From contig NW_024704746.1 of the NCBI RefSeq assembly GCF_018977255.1, positions 16,740,001 to 16,804,000 on the forward strand: a stretch of 64,000 nt of DNA. Reading direction: 5' to 3'. Below, piece after piece: positions 13,101 through 26,353 of this stretch. A program made the position numbers and the translations under genes. The DNA comes from Callorhinchus milii. Taxonomy: Eukaryota. The stretch's first letter is position 1, and each line of letters begins with the position of its first letter. The notes beneath the pieces are model-generated. The model had not been told where the DNA came from, did not search any database, and worked only from the letters and a program-made list of their open reading frames with translations.

Positions 13101-14082
13101 TGACCCAAGAAAACAAAACCATTGCACTTCATCTGATTGATCCTGAATGTTTTATTTAAAAAAAACACAACTCTAAATTTCAAAGTAATAATTTCCCTTT
13201 TATTCTGTGCTGAGTGCATGGTCCTTAATCGTATTTGCAGAGGTTAAACGAATGATAATGTAGCATTTCCCAGCATTGTCCATCTTCAAAGAAAATTATG
13301 TCATTTAATTCAAAAGAAGTAAATCTCACTATCACATCACTCTAGTAAAATACCCATATCAGATGAATGGTGCATTTGAGTGATTTATTAGTAGAGATTA
13401 ATGGATTATTGGTTGTATGACAGTTTTATCTATAGGTATAATCTGCTGTCACTTTTACAGTCTGTGGTTTAGTTTGCCATTTGTTTCCTTTTAGCTTAGT
13501 TGAAAACGGAAAACCGTTTGATCCTGCTGAGTGGACTATTTTAGATGTTTTCAATTATTTCAAGAAAGCTGGGTTTGAAGAACAAGCTATTGCTTTTCAA
13601 GAGCAGGTGGGTATCCCATTTCTAATCAATCATTTCCGTGGATGTGTTTTCTATTGTTTAGAACCAGCGAGGGTCGCTTCTCTTTTGTGATATTACTTCA
13701 AAAGGACATTTTTATTTCCATTTAATTTTGCTTTGTGCCCATGTTGGTAGTTATGAATTGTTTGAATTGATTTTTTTTAAAACAAACGTGGATGATGCGT
13801 TAGTCAAAAATATTTGTGAATTGTAATTTATCCATAGATAACGACCACAGAGCATAATTTGTTTTGTGTGTAATTTGGAATGAATACTGGTATCAGAATC
13901 GACAAATATTTGGAGTATTTTTTTTAACTGTTTTGTAGGAAATAGATGGCAAATCTTTACTTCTAATGAAAAGAAGTGATGTGCTAACTGGACTGTCAAT
14001 CAAATTGGGCCCAGCACTCAAGATTTATGAATACCACGTGAAAGCACTACAGATGCGTCATTTAAAGAACAGCTCTTCATAG
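1154..14082 (+). CDS. SAMD13: Sterile alpha motif domain-containing protein 13, 5'-incomplete. Exons: 1154-1254, 5616-5697, 9807-9950 (putative N-terminal extension), 12798-12891, 13495-13606, 13939-14082
   Basis: The last three exons translate [32 protein letters not shown]|[37 protein letters not shown]|[47 protein letters not shown], a SAM domain matching vertebrate SAMD13. All junctions are AG/GT with compatible phases. The three upstream exons are less certain (about 0.6). Confidence 0.92.
1630..2740 (+). mobile_element. CR1 LINE 3' fragment (end of ORF2 plus 3'UTR), interrupted by a SINE
   Basis: ORF 2230-2613 [41 protein letters not shown] is typical CR1 ORF2 C-terminus, with a (TTCCTATG)-like tail at about 2710-2740. 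Confidence 0.9.
1691..2015 (-). mobile_element. Near-full-length tRNA-derived SINE with (ATT)n tail
   Basis: Minus strand shows A box TAGCTCAGTGG, anticodon arm CTCGC-TTTGCAA-GCGAG and B-box-like GTTCATTTCC, ending in ATATCAAATGCAAGGATT(ATT)n. Partial copies of the same body at about 14310-14438(+), 24608-24906(-), 25188-25294(+), 31864-32000(-), 37374-37512(-), 39372-39520(-), 42805-42870(-) and 58225-58320(-). Confidence 0.85.
3020..4270 (-). mobile_element. Degenerate CR1-clade LINE reverse transcriptase fragment
   Basis: Minus-strand remnants of GVP-G-VLGP (about 4100-4137), FAD motif (about 4035-4050) and [15 protein letters not shown] (about 3655-3700), with frameshifts. Confidence 0.75.
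4897..5365 (+). mobile_element. Old Deu-domain SINE remnant (SacSINE/AmnSINE-like)
   Basis: tRNA-like head tggctcggttagtagc and Deu-domain-like ctttcggatgagacattaaa..aatcccatggtactatt. Related remnants at about 1400-1625(-), 10320-10640(+), 22250-22400(-) and 39540-39590(-). Confidence 0.55.
7627..8260 (-). mobile_element. Degenerate L2 LINE 3' fragment
   Basis: gaggatcttgaattc..gggagccagtggag is homologous to the L2 copy at 17447-17960 (LHWLP..IEFKIL on the minus strand). Confidence 0.7.
10841..10961. repeat. Palindromic element with a perfect 23-bp inverted repeat (10879-10901 and 10939-10961)
   Basis: gaaaggaaagtgagtcaacgttt ... aaacgttgactcactttcctttc around a 37-bp spacer, preceded by actcagcaggtcaggcagcatctatgg. 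Confidence 0.8.
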
Positions 14083-17000
14083 TGTTGAATTGGACTAATG
14101 AACTCCCGTCTGATTTGTTGTCTGCCTCCGACATGGTGTAGCGGAATGTGGTGGCACGACAGATCAATCAGATCAATACAGTGAGAAATTGATGTTAATT
14201 TCAGTGAAATAGTACGGGTTACGGAAATGCTGTGCAAAATATAAGGGTTGTACAAAATTGTCTTGGTGCTTTTCAAACTCAAAAGAGGGTCGCATCTGGA
14301 GTTAATATGGCCACTTGTGCGCAATTGGCTGCCGCGCCAAATATACAGTCAATCCATTTTACAGTCTATTCTGTGAAGTGCTTTGAGACGTCTCGACGAT
14401 GTGATAAGGTGCTGTATCAAACTGCAAGGATTATTATTGTGTTGCCCATTCATTCTGTAGCAGTATTGTTTTTTAACCTACCACCTGAACAGTTCACTTC
14501 TCTGTCTGTACATCTCTGGTCTGTTCGCTGGTAGTCATTCAGATCACAAAACTAACTGCATGATTATGCAAGCCTATCTCCACCAATACTTATTATTTAA
14601 TCGTGGTTATTCCCCCAACTTCTTTAAAAGATGTGTGTTTTCACATTTGTAAAATACATCATTTTATATTCATTGTAATCTGTATGTGGTAGAAGTGGAT
14701 TTTGCAATGTTGGAAGATTTCTTGTGGTTTTGTTGCAGTTTTGTGCTTGAATGCTCTCAGTATGGCTTTTATCTAATTTTAATTTTATTGGTACAAGGGC
14801 CTTAGTCTGATGACACAATTTTGAAGTGACAGAAATACTACGTTTTGTATTTAATAGGGAGAGGATTAAAGTCCTTGAAGGTGTTTTGTGATTTTTGTTT
14901 TAAGGCAATGTTTGCAAAGCGTACTGGAGGAACTGGGTGCTGTCACTTCCACTTTAAGCAGCTGATGCTCTTCTAAACATGCATTCTTTTTAAAAAGTCC
15001 TGCCAGAAATGTATGCAAATTTAAGTGTTCTACTAAAATACCAATGTGAACTGTTAAGGTGCAAAAATCATATACATTTTTGCAAGTTCAAAATACCTTC
15101 CATTAGATAAATCTATCTGAAATTTCAACCAAAATTTATTTTGCTCTAAAAAAAAATCCCAAAAGCTATTGCACTGAATACAATGGGTTGGCCTTGAAAG
15201 AAGATACAGAATTCACTTAACCAAGCTTGATCTACAATTTTCCTACACTCAATACTTCAAAGTGTTATATCAATTGTAGGATAAATGTAGAATGTGTTAA
15301 CTGTGGTTATTTGTCTAGATACTATAATAGATATGTGTCCTCTTGGTTTTCCTTCTTTCCTTCCTTCTGTGTCTGTGTTGCTTGGAAACGCATAAGAACA
15401 CCTCAAAAAGCCTCTCTTCCTATTGGAAATTGCCCTAACTCCACTCAGTGCCTACCTCTCCTGTCAGTTGACTGAAGCTTAAAATAAAATTTTAGCACAG
15501 GCTGCAAATTTCTTATGTGTGTATCACAGTAAGGTATGGTGGGCAGTACGTTGCACTGAATAATTAATTGCACTCAATAATAAGCTTTTGAATTGGTTTT
15601 ACAATCCCTGATTCAGTGAAATATAAATGGATATTTTATTCAGTAACTCACCTGCACATGTTCTTCCTATTCTAACACTGAGATCTAGTAGAACTGCTGC
15701 AAAGCAAACTCCTGATTTAAGCCAAATGGGATGCTGTGTACCAGTCTGCACTGCAGTATGAAGTCCAGAATATAAGGTTTGCACCTGAATACTGAGGAGA
15801 GAGCATACTCTTGTGTAAAAGGCACTGTTTCCCCAGAGTATGGCCGAGGGACATTCTTATTTATCTATTTGTAGTCAATTCCAATTTGGCAATAAAATAG
15901 AGGTAGGGAAGAAGACAAAAAGTCTCACACCCCACACATCTTACATTGGTATTTACAAAGAAATGTATAGAGTGATGTAAAATCTTGTCATTTGCATTGA
16001 GTCTGTATTTTAGCATTGTACCTGCACTTGATATATTTGTAAATGTTTGCAGTCATATGCGTCGTTTTTTTACTTGAAGTAAGTGGAGGCGTTCCACTTT
16101 TATTCCACGATGACACTGGCTCATATTGCAGCGATGCCCAGAAAGAGTTGTTCAGTAGCACTCCTGGAGCCAAGAAAAAGCAAAACCTGTTTATTTTCTG
16201 CATTTGCAGTCTTTTTGTGAATTGTTAAGTTATGTGTTTTGTGTATACAAAATAGCAAATTTTATCAACTTATCGTAACTGGTAATCTTAAATTACAGAT
16301 GTACATTGGAGTTAAAAGTATTTATACACGTTGCTTGAAGTGTCGCATTTTATTTGATATGATGGCTAGTCAAAAGTATGAAAGGAGTCTTAATTTGTGC
16401 TGCATGGAAATGTGAGAAGTACAATAATCTGAGATCATGGAATCGTACGATTGTTCCACCTATGAAGACTGGGATCAGTTTATGAGTAAATGATGAAATC
16501 AAGTGGATCCAACTATTCATTCTGTCTGTTCAATTGTAATAAAACATAATACTAAAGATTTTCTTCCGCAGTATGAGAGTGTTTTCATACTTTAAATAAG
16601 AGTCTGAAGAGGAATGCACAATAATCAGAAGTATTCTAGCATTAATTAGTCATCTTAATAAAATGAAGAATCCAGTTATGAAAAATCATGACAACATTAG
16701 TTCTTCTTTAGCATTTCCATCCATTAAATTTAACAGTACAAAGTTGTATTGCATGTCTCTTAGTTATAGTTTACAATGCAGGAGTTATTTTCAGATTTTC
16801 TTAATCTTGAGTATACATTGTCAACTTTTACCGGTCAGGTGAAGCAATATGCCAAATACAGTACCGATTCACTCACTGGCTTCATTATGAGAATTTTACT
16901 CTAGTTTTATTTGGATACAAACATTCATTAATGCCTCAGTATTTTCAGTAAAGTATTTATAGATCTGATCAGTATTGTAGCAAGGAACAAATTAATTTGG

Positions 17001-17446
17001 AGTCAATCCATTTGTTGTTTCTTTTTAATATGCAAATACAATGGATAAAGATGTAAATGGAAATTCCTTACCGATAATGATAAAGTGTTTTTAAAACATT
17101 CCTGAACAGGTGGTTTAATGCCAGTAAAGCAATCTTCAGAACACAAAAAACGGTTATTTGTATTTCTTGCAGAACATGGCTTATTGATATTAAATGCACC
17201 TCAGCAGCCAGTACTTTCAATAGATTAAAAAACACAGCTTTCTAGATGGTAAGTAAAGGCATCGCTAAGGAGAAGGCGTGTGGTATGATCAGAGTGAAAC
17301 CTAAAGATACTGAAAGCATAGGATACAGCTAATAATTTAATGGGCAATTCGATAGATATGTACATAGAAAGATCTAATAATGATGAAAAGACAGGAATGT
17401 AGATGTGAGACTTTAGCGTGGCCAGAAGTTCTGGATAAGTAAACCA

Positions 17447-17960
17447 CAACAACATGATTGCATTTATAGAGCGCCTTTCACGTCGGGAGGACGTCCCAAG
17501 GCGCTGGACAGTTGGGTCGGGACCCGAGCAAGGGGGAAATGGTCAGGGTGAGGGGAGGGAAGGGAGGGAGCAAGGAGGGGGTAGAGAGGATGAGGATCTT
17601 GAATTCGATCCTCTGGGGGATGGGGAGCCAGTGGAGGCGAGCGAGGGTGGGAGTGATGTGGTCGCGAAGCCTGGTGCGGGACAGTACACGAGCTGCAGAA
17701 TTCTGAATGACCTGCAGCTTGTGGAGGGAGGTGCCGGGAAGGCCGGTGAGGAGAGAGTTCTCGTAGTTCCCGTAGTCCAGCCTTGAGGTGATAAAGGCGT
17801 GGACCAGTGTTTCAGCAGCGTGAGGGGTGAGATAGTGCCATAGTCTGGCAATGTTCCGGAGGTTGTGGAAGGCGGTGCCAGTTGTGGCGCGGATGTGGGG
17901 AAGAAAGGACAACTCGATCGAACAGTACACCGAGGTTCCTGACTGGCTTTGAGAGGTGGA
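17447..17960 (-). mobile_element. L2 LINE 3' fragment
   Basis: ORF 17478-18011: HLRNIARL-like segment, LVHAFITSRLDY, LHKLQVIQNSAARVL..HITPTLARLHWLPIPQRIEFKIL, typical L2 ORF2 C-terminus, with a (GTT)n tail. Confidence 0.9.
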
Positions 17961-19736
17961 GAATGCAGCTGAGAGGTGGAGATTGCAGCGAAGTAAAGCT
18001 TCAGTGGACACATTTTAATGTAAAGAGTCCACAAAAGGGTGGTTCCAGTTTCCTTTGGAGTCAAGCACAGAGTGAGTCACAAATCCCTTGGAGCATTTGT
18101 GTTTTATTAAAGTTGTGATTACAGGAGAAAACTGAGTTTACTGATAACCAGACCACTCTCTCAAGTGGGAGGAACCTTACAGAAAGCATTGAAAAAAATA
18201 TTCTGCCAAAGCATGTGGAACTGAATTAAACCAGGATCTAGGGATGAAGCTAATATTGGTAATTGCAGATGAAGAATGTTATTGCACAACAAAAGGAATT
18301 AATGTGCATCACAAGGAAGTGATAAAACATAAGATTTTTGGAGAGTAAGCTTGGAATGCTTTTCCTTAATGGGCACAGAAAGCAGCAAATATATTGGATA
18401 TGTGTTGGCAACAACAACAAATTACATTTGTTTTGCGCCTTTCATGTCAGGAGGACATACCATAGAAACCTGCTGTGAGAAGGAGAGCAGAAGGTGAAAT
18501 TGGGTATAAAATAGTCCACAGAGATAAGCCTGTTGATTGAGATGGAAGACTGATGTCGTAACAGGTTATCTAACAAGCATGAAAAAAATAACTGGAATAT
18601 CAACGGGGAGGAAATGGCAGAAGCTGTATACGAATATAAGTTGGTAATGAGGGCAAAAAGACAATTGGTAACAGCTGGCAAAAGCCGGCTTGCATGGGTG
18701 AACTATTTTAGCAGTAAATGAAGTTACAGGAATTGTAATATGATCACTGGGGACTCCATAAAGTGTTCCATCTACGTGCTCTTGTGGTTTGGCATCTGGA
18801 TCCCTGGACACCATCTTATTATTGTCTTGTAATTTTCTCCCGGTTGTGCTTTATTCTTCGTACAGTTCACAAGTTCACCCCAGTAACAAGTTAGGAAAAG
18901 GACAATTTTTTAAAAAGACCATGAAAATTTTAATCGTGCTGCATTCTACTGTATTTAAACACATTTTAGGGATATATATAAGCAATTGTTAAAATTGCAG
19001 GAATTCTGAGCTATATAGTATCCGTACTGTTCAGGTGATAAGTCAGTGTTTCAGCATCGAGGCAGAAGTAGGCAGACCAGAAAAGGCAAAAGTCAGTTGT
19101 GAAAATCCAAGCCATTTACTAGAGGTAATTGTGACTAGGAGTAATGCTATATATACTGTATTAGATTTACTAGCATTTGCTAGATTTTATTTTAAAAAGT
19201 GAGTTGCGAATGTACTGATGTTCTTTGAAGTAGTAACTCAATTCTCAGATAAAAGCTATTCAGTGCGTAAAGCTGTGAGTTTTCAAAATGGGTTTGAAAT
19301 TTTTTTGCATGTGAGGCTTTTAACGAAGGCGAATGTGCATAATATTAATAGCAAATCGTGAATGTATATCGAGGACCGATTTGGCCACATTGCCCGTTGA
19401 AGCCAAATCAAACCTGCTGACTTTCATGTTGGTTTCCAGCAGGGGACACTGCATGGCCACCTGGAATAGGAGCTCGATTTTAACACCTTCCTGAATTATT
19501 TGCTTGCTTGGTTTAGCTCTATTCGCTTTTCTCCCATCTTATCAAAGGGCTTCTTCAGCCTCATCATTCTGATGAAAGTTGACAAGTGTGTGACCTAAAT
19601 TTTGCCCTAAATTGCCAACATTTTCTGTTTCTAGTTCAGATGTACAGGGTTACCAGTTTTTATTTTAATCTTTTAATTCAGATATTTAATCGAGTATATC
19701 ATGAATTCGAAATTCACTGTCATCTTTCGGCAGTTG

Positions 19737-22700
19737 CTACAGCTTGGATACAAGTTGCCTCCTCAGGGTTCCCGTAATATTCCCTGAGGGGTTGTCCACA
19801 GGCAACAGAACCTAAAACACAAGAGAATGTTGATGTCAACAATTGCATTAGCTACAATTTGATTTAAATCTTAAATTGTAAATAGCAATGCATCTTATAT
19901 AAGACAAATTTAATCAAATTCAATCCCCTAAACAAGTCGAGGGCAGTTTAGGTGAAACATGATTGTCTAATTTTGCACAGTTTGTATTTGAATTGTCCAA
20001 CAAACAATCCAGAAGGTTTTGATAACACTATTAAAATGATGTGCATCTGGAGAATGCCTTACCTCATTATTCTTAGCAATGCCAAGCTTCTCCATATCTA
20101 TTATAAAGTAATGTTTATTGGGCATGATCACCTCAATTTCTTCGATCTGTAACAAAGAAAATGTAAATGTACACATTCCAAATTTGACAAGCTAAATGTA
20201 AGCTTCTTCAGGAATAAATGAATACTAAACTGTTCCTATTGTTACAAGTCTATCCTGGAAACTATTCTGCTTTGCAGTATTCAAAACATTTATTAAAATA
20301 TATTTTGCTGGGATAAAATGAACTTTAAAAAATATAGATTAACCGCAAAATAAAACTCTGAGAATATATTATGTTCAGAGCTATATCTAGATTGTCAATA
20401 AATACATGGGTAGTTTAAAAAAAGACTGACCTCAGGAATTCGACTGAAACTCAAACACTGAGCATCGTAGAGCGTTTTCTGAACTGATGGAGAGAAGACA
20501 CCAGAGTTGCATGGACCAGCAAATGCCTCGATGATCGAGTCCTTCACTGTTTTCCTGGAAGCGTAAAATGGGTCTGAGTGAAAACTGACCATACAATTGT
20601 GCATTTTATACTAAAACTTACAAATTGGACTTTTCACATTCAAAATGGATTGAGGAAGCTTATGAAATTCAATAAGTTTGAAATGTTTCTGATTTCCAGC
20701 AGTGTGTTTATGCTGACATTGATTACATGTGAATTTGTAAAAGAAGTAAATGAACAGCATTAAAACTTAGAGCTGAATGGCCTCCTTCTGTGCTGTAAAA
20801 TTCTATGATTATAGTTGCCTGTTTGTATAAAAACAGATTACAGAATATTAACTGAATTTGATTAGTTTATTGGTTCCTGACGAATAAACTGATCTAATAT
20901 AATACAACTATGAAATCATCTCTATCAAAAAAGCTGATTTCACTACCTCATAGTTTATTTTTAATTTTCAGTCTACTAAACATTATTGTCAAATATTTAA
21001 TGTGGATAAATGCACAGATACTGCAAAGTGACTTTAACGTAGAACAAACATCAAAGGCGTGCCATTTTTTGCTGATCTCTCTGAATTTTAGTCTGTGTTC
21101 AAAGCAAAGTCCCACAGTTGCCAAAGGCCTTGAGCTTGCGTTCATCAATACATGGAGAAGTGCAAACATACCAGGCAGAATCAAAGTTAACATTCTTTGT
21201 TCTGCTGTAACGCCATTTGGCGTACACCACAGTAGCGAACACTCTGTCTCGCGCTTCGGGTAGAGTGGTGAACTTGTCCTTTCGGAAGCCCTCAAACCCA
21301 GACAGCGTTGTTTTTAGGACCTTCATGTCCTTGATTCCAGAATGAACCACTGGTGGTTCTGCAAAACAGGAGAAAGTAAATGGATGTGAACCATATCAAT
21401 TTACAACACATTACTATTATTCATTTTTGGATTTAGGGTACAGCTTGTCAGGTACAGATCAAACGTATCATTGAAAATTAAAATGGACTTCTCCCTTCAG
21501 TGAGTTTATTCAGTGAGTAGCTAAGCCGGATGCAGGTTAGAGAGGTCCAAAATTTGATTACCAGTCTGTGCTGAGTTAGTTGATCTCAGCTGAAATGCAT
21601 TAGAACTGATGCAGTTGACTTCTGGAAGTTAAAAACAAATCAGCCAGCCTGATCGCTATCCAGCAATGACCTCATGGAAGTGTATATGTAGGATGAGACC
21701 CAGCTGTTCCCCTTCGCTATTATCAATAGTCGGCTAAAGCTTGTGCATTAATAAAAATCACTTAGCCGAGGTACAGGAGAGAGCCATGAACATATATCCC
21801 AGTGGCAGGAAAAAGGAGAGGAGAAAGTGGTCATGAAAAAATTATAGAAAAGCTGGACATGACTACTGAATAAGAAAGCAGGCAATGGTTGAAGAAGCTA
21901 AATAAGTGACTGTGCTCTCCAAGGTTCAAGGCCTTAGCTTGTGCTGTGCCTACAAGGTTGCCAGATTGGCTTCTCGGTGACATGGAGTAGGTGTAAGCTA
22001 ACAAAAAGAACATACCATTCTGGAATTGTTCCACTTCACAAAAATGAGTTCCTTTGGGGTTGCAAATGAAGGCATGCACGTGTTCAACACCATCCTATGT
22101 GTAAAGTAAATCGTTAATAGTAGTGTATTATTAAAAAATAATAACAATCCTTGCATCCTTGCAATTATAGTGCCTATAATTTTAAAACTTCTAAAAGTGC
22201 TTCACAGGGACATGTAGTGACTATATTTGTAAACCATTGCAGAAGCCATTTTCCACACACTCAGGCCCGACAGAGCTGTGAAGTGAGTGATCAATTATTC
22301 TGGAGGACTGTTGGTCAGGATACCAGAAGAAACCCCCTTCTCTTTTCAAATAGTGTTGTGGGTTCTTGCAATACACTGGACCTGGACTATGAACTCCCAG
22401 TGTGTTCCATGTACAGCAAACAAATAATTTAATTGGTTATGTGAATTCAGCAAGTCCTTGCTGGGTTTTAAAATTAACGGAGGGCATGCATAATGAAATT
22501 GGCGAACAGAGAAATTTAATACAATAAACACTGATTCATAGAACTGGGATGCAGAGTAAATGCAGATGAATGGGAAGGAATGGATTACACTTTCAGTGAG
22601 CCAGTGCAGACATGATGGGGCTGAACGCTCTTCTGTGTTGTAAATTGATATGGTTCTAACTCTCTGCTTCAAGAGATTCAAAGGCACAGTATATTAGAGT

Positions 22701-24202
22701 TGTTGCTCAGCAGTGTTTAGACTAAAACCCTTACTTTCTCCAGACGTTTCCAGGGAATTTCCTCTATATGGACCATCGCCCGTGAAACATGTTGAAATGA
22801 AGTTAGAAAGTGTTCACAAATATCTTGGGCAAACTCTTCAATGGTTTGTATCTGGTGACAAAGATAGTGTATGTATAATTTTTTTTGTTACATTTCATAT
22901 AATTCTATCATTTTGACCATTCAGGAAAAGGACAACTGTGATAGGATTTTAAAATATTAACTCACTGGCTGATCTTTTTTAAAAATTCCCATCTGGCTTT
23001 GCTGATCACATTAACTGTGATTATGTTGAAGAACACATTATTGCTCAGTAATCACACTCATGTATACATTTGAATGAATAGTTTTATTCTGCTTTTACTC
23101 TGTTTTTACGTTAGGTGACATGGACAGGTAAGATGCCTCATTTATCCTGATACACAATGATATCTTCACTGAAACCAAATACGTACAACTCCATGCTCAA
23201 TCAAAGGTTACCTCAAAATACAGTAAGTATATGTAAAGATCATTATTCAACCTACCCCAAAACGGGGGAAGGGGGAGTGGGGGTTCCCAATGTCATGACT
23301 GGATCAATGGCCAAGTACTGTAGCATTGTTGTAATGAGATTGCTGAAGAAATAATGTTGAAACAAAGCAAACCTAATCAAACTTACCCCTTTCAGTTTAG
23401 CCAAAGCATGAACAGTGTTCTTCATCGTGTCAGTAGGAATAACATCTGCATTGTCTCCATATATGTAGTCCTTTACAGTCTTGAGAGTAAGGTCGACATT
23501 CACCTCAATTTCTTTGATATAATGTTGCTTTCCTTCTCTTCTGAAATACAGAACTTTTACTATATTCTTCCCATATCCAGTACGGACAAATTCCACGTTT
23601 CCTGCCTGTATTGTGAGAAACCAGATTCATCTTTAAGGCTGTGGTTGTATGGAAAAGAGCATCAAAAGAAAAAGTGTGATTGACTGTCAAGTATATTTTT
23701 TATTCTGACACTGCTTTGCCTCGTAGTTTTAATCTCCCCTGATAAGTGAATGACCAGAGATGGGTTCAACATCCAAGAAGTCAAAAGTCTGAAATATTTC
23801 CCTCAGAGAGGGTCTCCAGTAGAACATGTAATAATCTTAATTCAGAACCAGAATTTCTAGCTCCTGTCTTTTCCGAACAGCTGAGCACAATTCCAACAGT
23901 GGTCACTCAGAGCATTTGAGAACAAGATCCTGGGTGATTTTTCCCTCCATAAGATACGTCTTGAAGGTCGGATACAGTTTCCCTGAAGCTGCTTTGGCTG
24001 ATGTAAGGTAACGCAGTGCAGAAGAAGTTGGAATCAGGAATATTCTTAATCTGTGCGGCTCAGCTACTCATGAAATAGACTGGATCTTTTGGTGGAGTTA
24101 TGTATTATAATTGCATTCATTTCGTAAGTACAATTGTTAAATAAATAATGTAGGTGTTCGATGACTTACCGTCTTATAACCAGAATAGTAGGAATTGGAC
24201 AT
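19737..24202 (-). CDS. UOX: Urate oxidase (uricase), intact, 305 aa. Exons (minus strand): 24202-24170, 23605-23387, 22851-22735, 22094-22016, 21358-21172, 20554-20431, 20146-20063, 19811-19737
   Basis: [11 protein letters not shown]|[18 protein letters not shown]...[11 protein letters not shown]...[28 protein letters not shown]...FAGP...SPSVQKTLY...MPNKHY...[17 protein letters not shown]. Uricase signature, catalytic K/T/H and substrate-binding R/Q residues are present, with C-terminal PTS1 SKL. 918 nt in frame, all introns GT-AG. AATAAA on the minus strand at 19664-19659. Confidence 0.98.
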
Positions 24203-24319
24203 TTTGCTTGATACAATGCAGCTCTGTTGACTGATGCACCAAATTCTCAAAGCTAGATGGGACACACACTTTTTAGTAACTGCTGGCTTATCTGTGCTCT
24301 ACAGTCACTTCTTTCTTTA

Positions 24320-24332
24320 GTTAATAATTAAA
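24320..24332. promoter_or_regulatory. HNF1-type site in the UOX proximal promoter
   Basis: GTTAATAATTAAA matches GTTAATNATTAAC at 12 of 13 positions, about 120 bp upstream of the UOX ATG. GATA and CCAAT-like motifs lie nearby. Confidence 0.55.
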
Positions 24333-26353
24333 GATTAGCCATTATAACCAAGGAAGCCAATGAGAGCATATGAAATCTGTTATTAAACATAATCAATAAT
24401 TTAAAGGGCAACATTCTCCGTATTCCAACAACAACTTGCATTTATATAACGGCCTTCACACTGGATAAAGTCCCGGAGTGCTTAATAGTGATTAAAACCC
24501 TAAATTTCAATTATTATAAAGCCTCATCGGCCACGATGGATGAATTAGAAATAATATGAATTTCTACATGAATTAATACATCATTCTCTTACAATGTAGT
24601 CATATTAATATTAATAATAATCCTTGCATTTGGCTTTATCACGTTGTTGAGACGTCTCGAAGCGCTAATCAAAATATGCTGTAAAGCAAATTGACTGTAT
24701 ATTTGTGGGCGAAACGAGGCAGCCAATTGCGCACAGCAGTGTCTCACAAACAGTCATGGATTGAAGGACCAAATTATTTATTTATTTGATTCTTTGTTTT
24801 GAAGAGAGTTTTACCCCCAGAAAACAATCCACCAATCGACTAGCAACCGGGCTCCTAAGTACTGCAAAGTAAACTTAGGCGTGTGGAGTAAGGAAACTTG
24901 CCTCAATATTCTAAGTTGATTTTGGATGATTATTCTGTAGATCTTTGTGTTCCTCTAAGACTGGTACAGAATATGTAGTGTCAACGTCACCATTCAAACA
25001 TTAACAGAAAAAAAGTTTTTTTAAAAAAAGGAATGGTTGATTAAATGTGAGCAATAGGAATAGATATACCAAGCTGTGCATTGTTGCTGTTCATTTATTT
25101 GATGGGGTCGAATTCACCTGATCCATATTTCCCAAACTTTGGATAATTATCTTGCTCTGTACTTGGACACACCAGGATTGTGTTTTGTCCACAAAATATA
25201 CAGTTAATCCACTTTACAGTATAACTTGCGAAGCTCTTTGTGACATCTCAACGACGTGATAAAGTGTTATATCAAATGCAAGGATTATTATTATAACTGG
25301 TATTGAGACCATCAAAAATGAAATTTCAGAAGCCATACAGTTTACAGAGAACAAGGCCGATTTGGATAATATCAGTTTTTCGGTAGCATTTTGTAGGCGA
25401 ACATGGCATCTAATTTGCTGATATCACATGGCTGTTGATGAAGCTTTTAAATAAATCAAGCTGCTAATTATACTTTGTAGAAACTAATTTTGCACCTAAA
25501 CTATTTTAACTTCATGTGCACCTGCCAATTTTTCTGACTTCTTGATTGAGAATAAAACCAGTTTCTGCTCATCTGATTTCTAGTAAATGTAGAAATGTTG
25601 CCTTTTGCTAATTATGTGACCATAATAAATGGTCTTTCTCTTCATCTACTCAAAAGAAACAAGCTGTTGCTTCAGGTGGAGTGTGGCTTCAGTACAGTTT
25701 CTCTTCCAACGTTCTCCCAGTTGATCCCATTAATCAACTTTACCGTCTACTACAATTTGGACTGCTCATTTGGACAAAATTACTCAAAATTTATTTCCAC
25801 CATCTCCACTACCAAAATAATGTTAGTGGCTGCTGGCAGGGACAACTGAATATTGGGTGCATTGCCTCCTGGCTTTCCGGCTCCACCACTATTTGGGTGG
25901 TAAAAGTCAACATCTGCTGATTCTCATGCATGACCATCACTGAGCTACTTGTGCGATGGGCGATCTCACTCGAAAAAAGGTTCTCACAGATTCATTACCA
26001 GAAAAACTGGTTGGTTTAGTGCTAGTTGCCTCAAAAAATGGACTCTTGTCTCAGGAGTCAAACTGGTAATACAAAAGATCTAATCACTTCCTAGGTGAAT
26101 TGTAAGTTGCTGTATTGCCTTTTGTTTTAGCCTATCACACCTCACAACATGGTGAAACAAACAACAAACCAAATGTCCCAAGATACCAATAAGGAGTAAC
26201 CTTATTTCTGTGATTGTGATGACTAATTTATCACGTTACTTCTGCTTTTTAAGTTACAAAACAGCAGGTGGTTTTCTGCGCTTGTAACTTCTCCGCTGAC
26301 CATTTCTGAATAACTGTTGAAAAGTAAACTGATAAAACTCTTCCGCGTACAAT

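Noticed and set aside
16105-16175. ATGA followed by a possible hairpin in the SAMD13 3' region (SECIS-like)
   Set aside because: No apical AA motif or matching GA quartet, and no in-frame TGA in any gene here.
23601-23606. Second AG 4 nt inside UOX exon 2 (tacag|gcag|)
   Set aside because: Use would frameshift the gene, and there is no evidence it is used.
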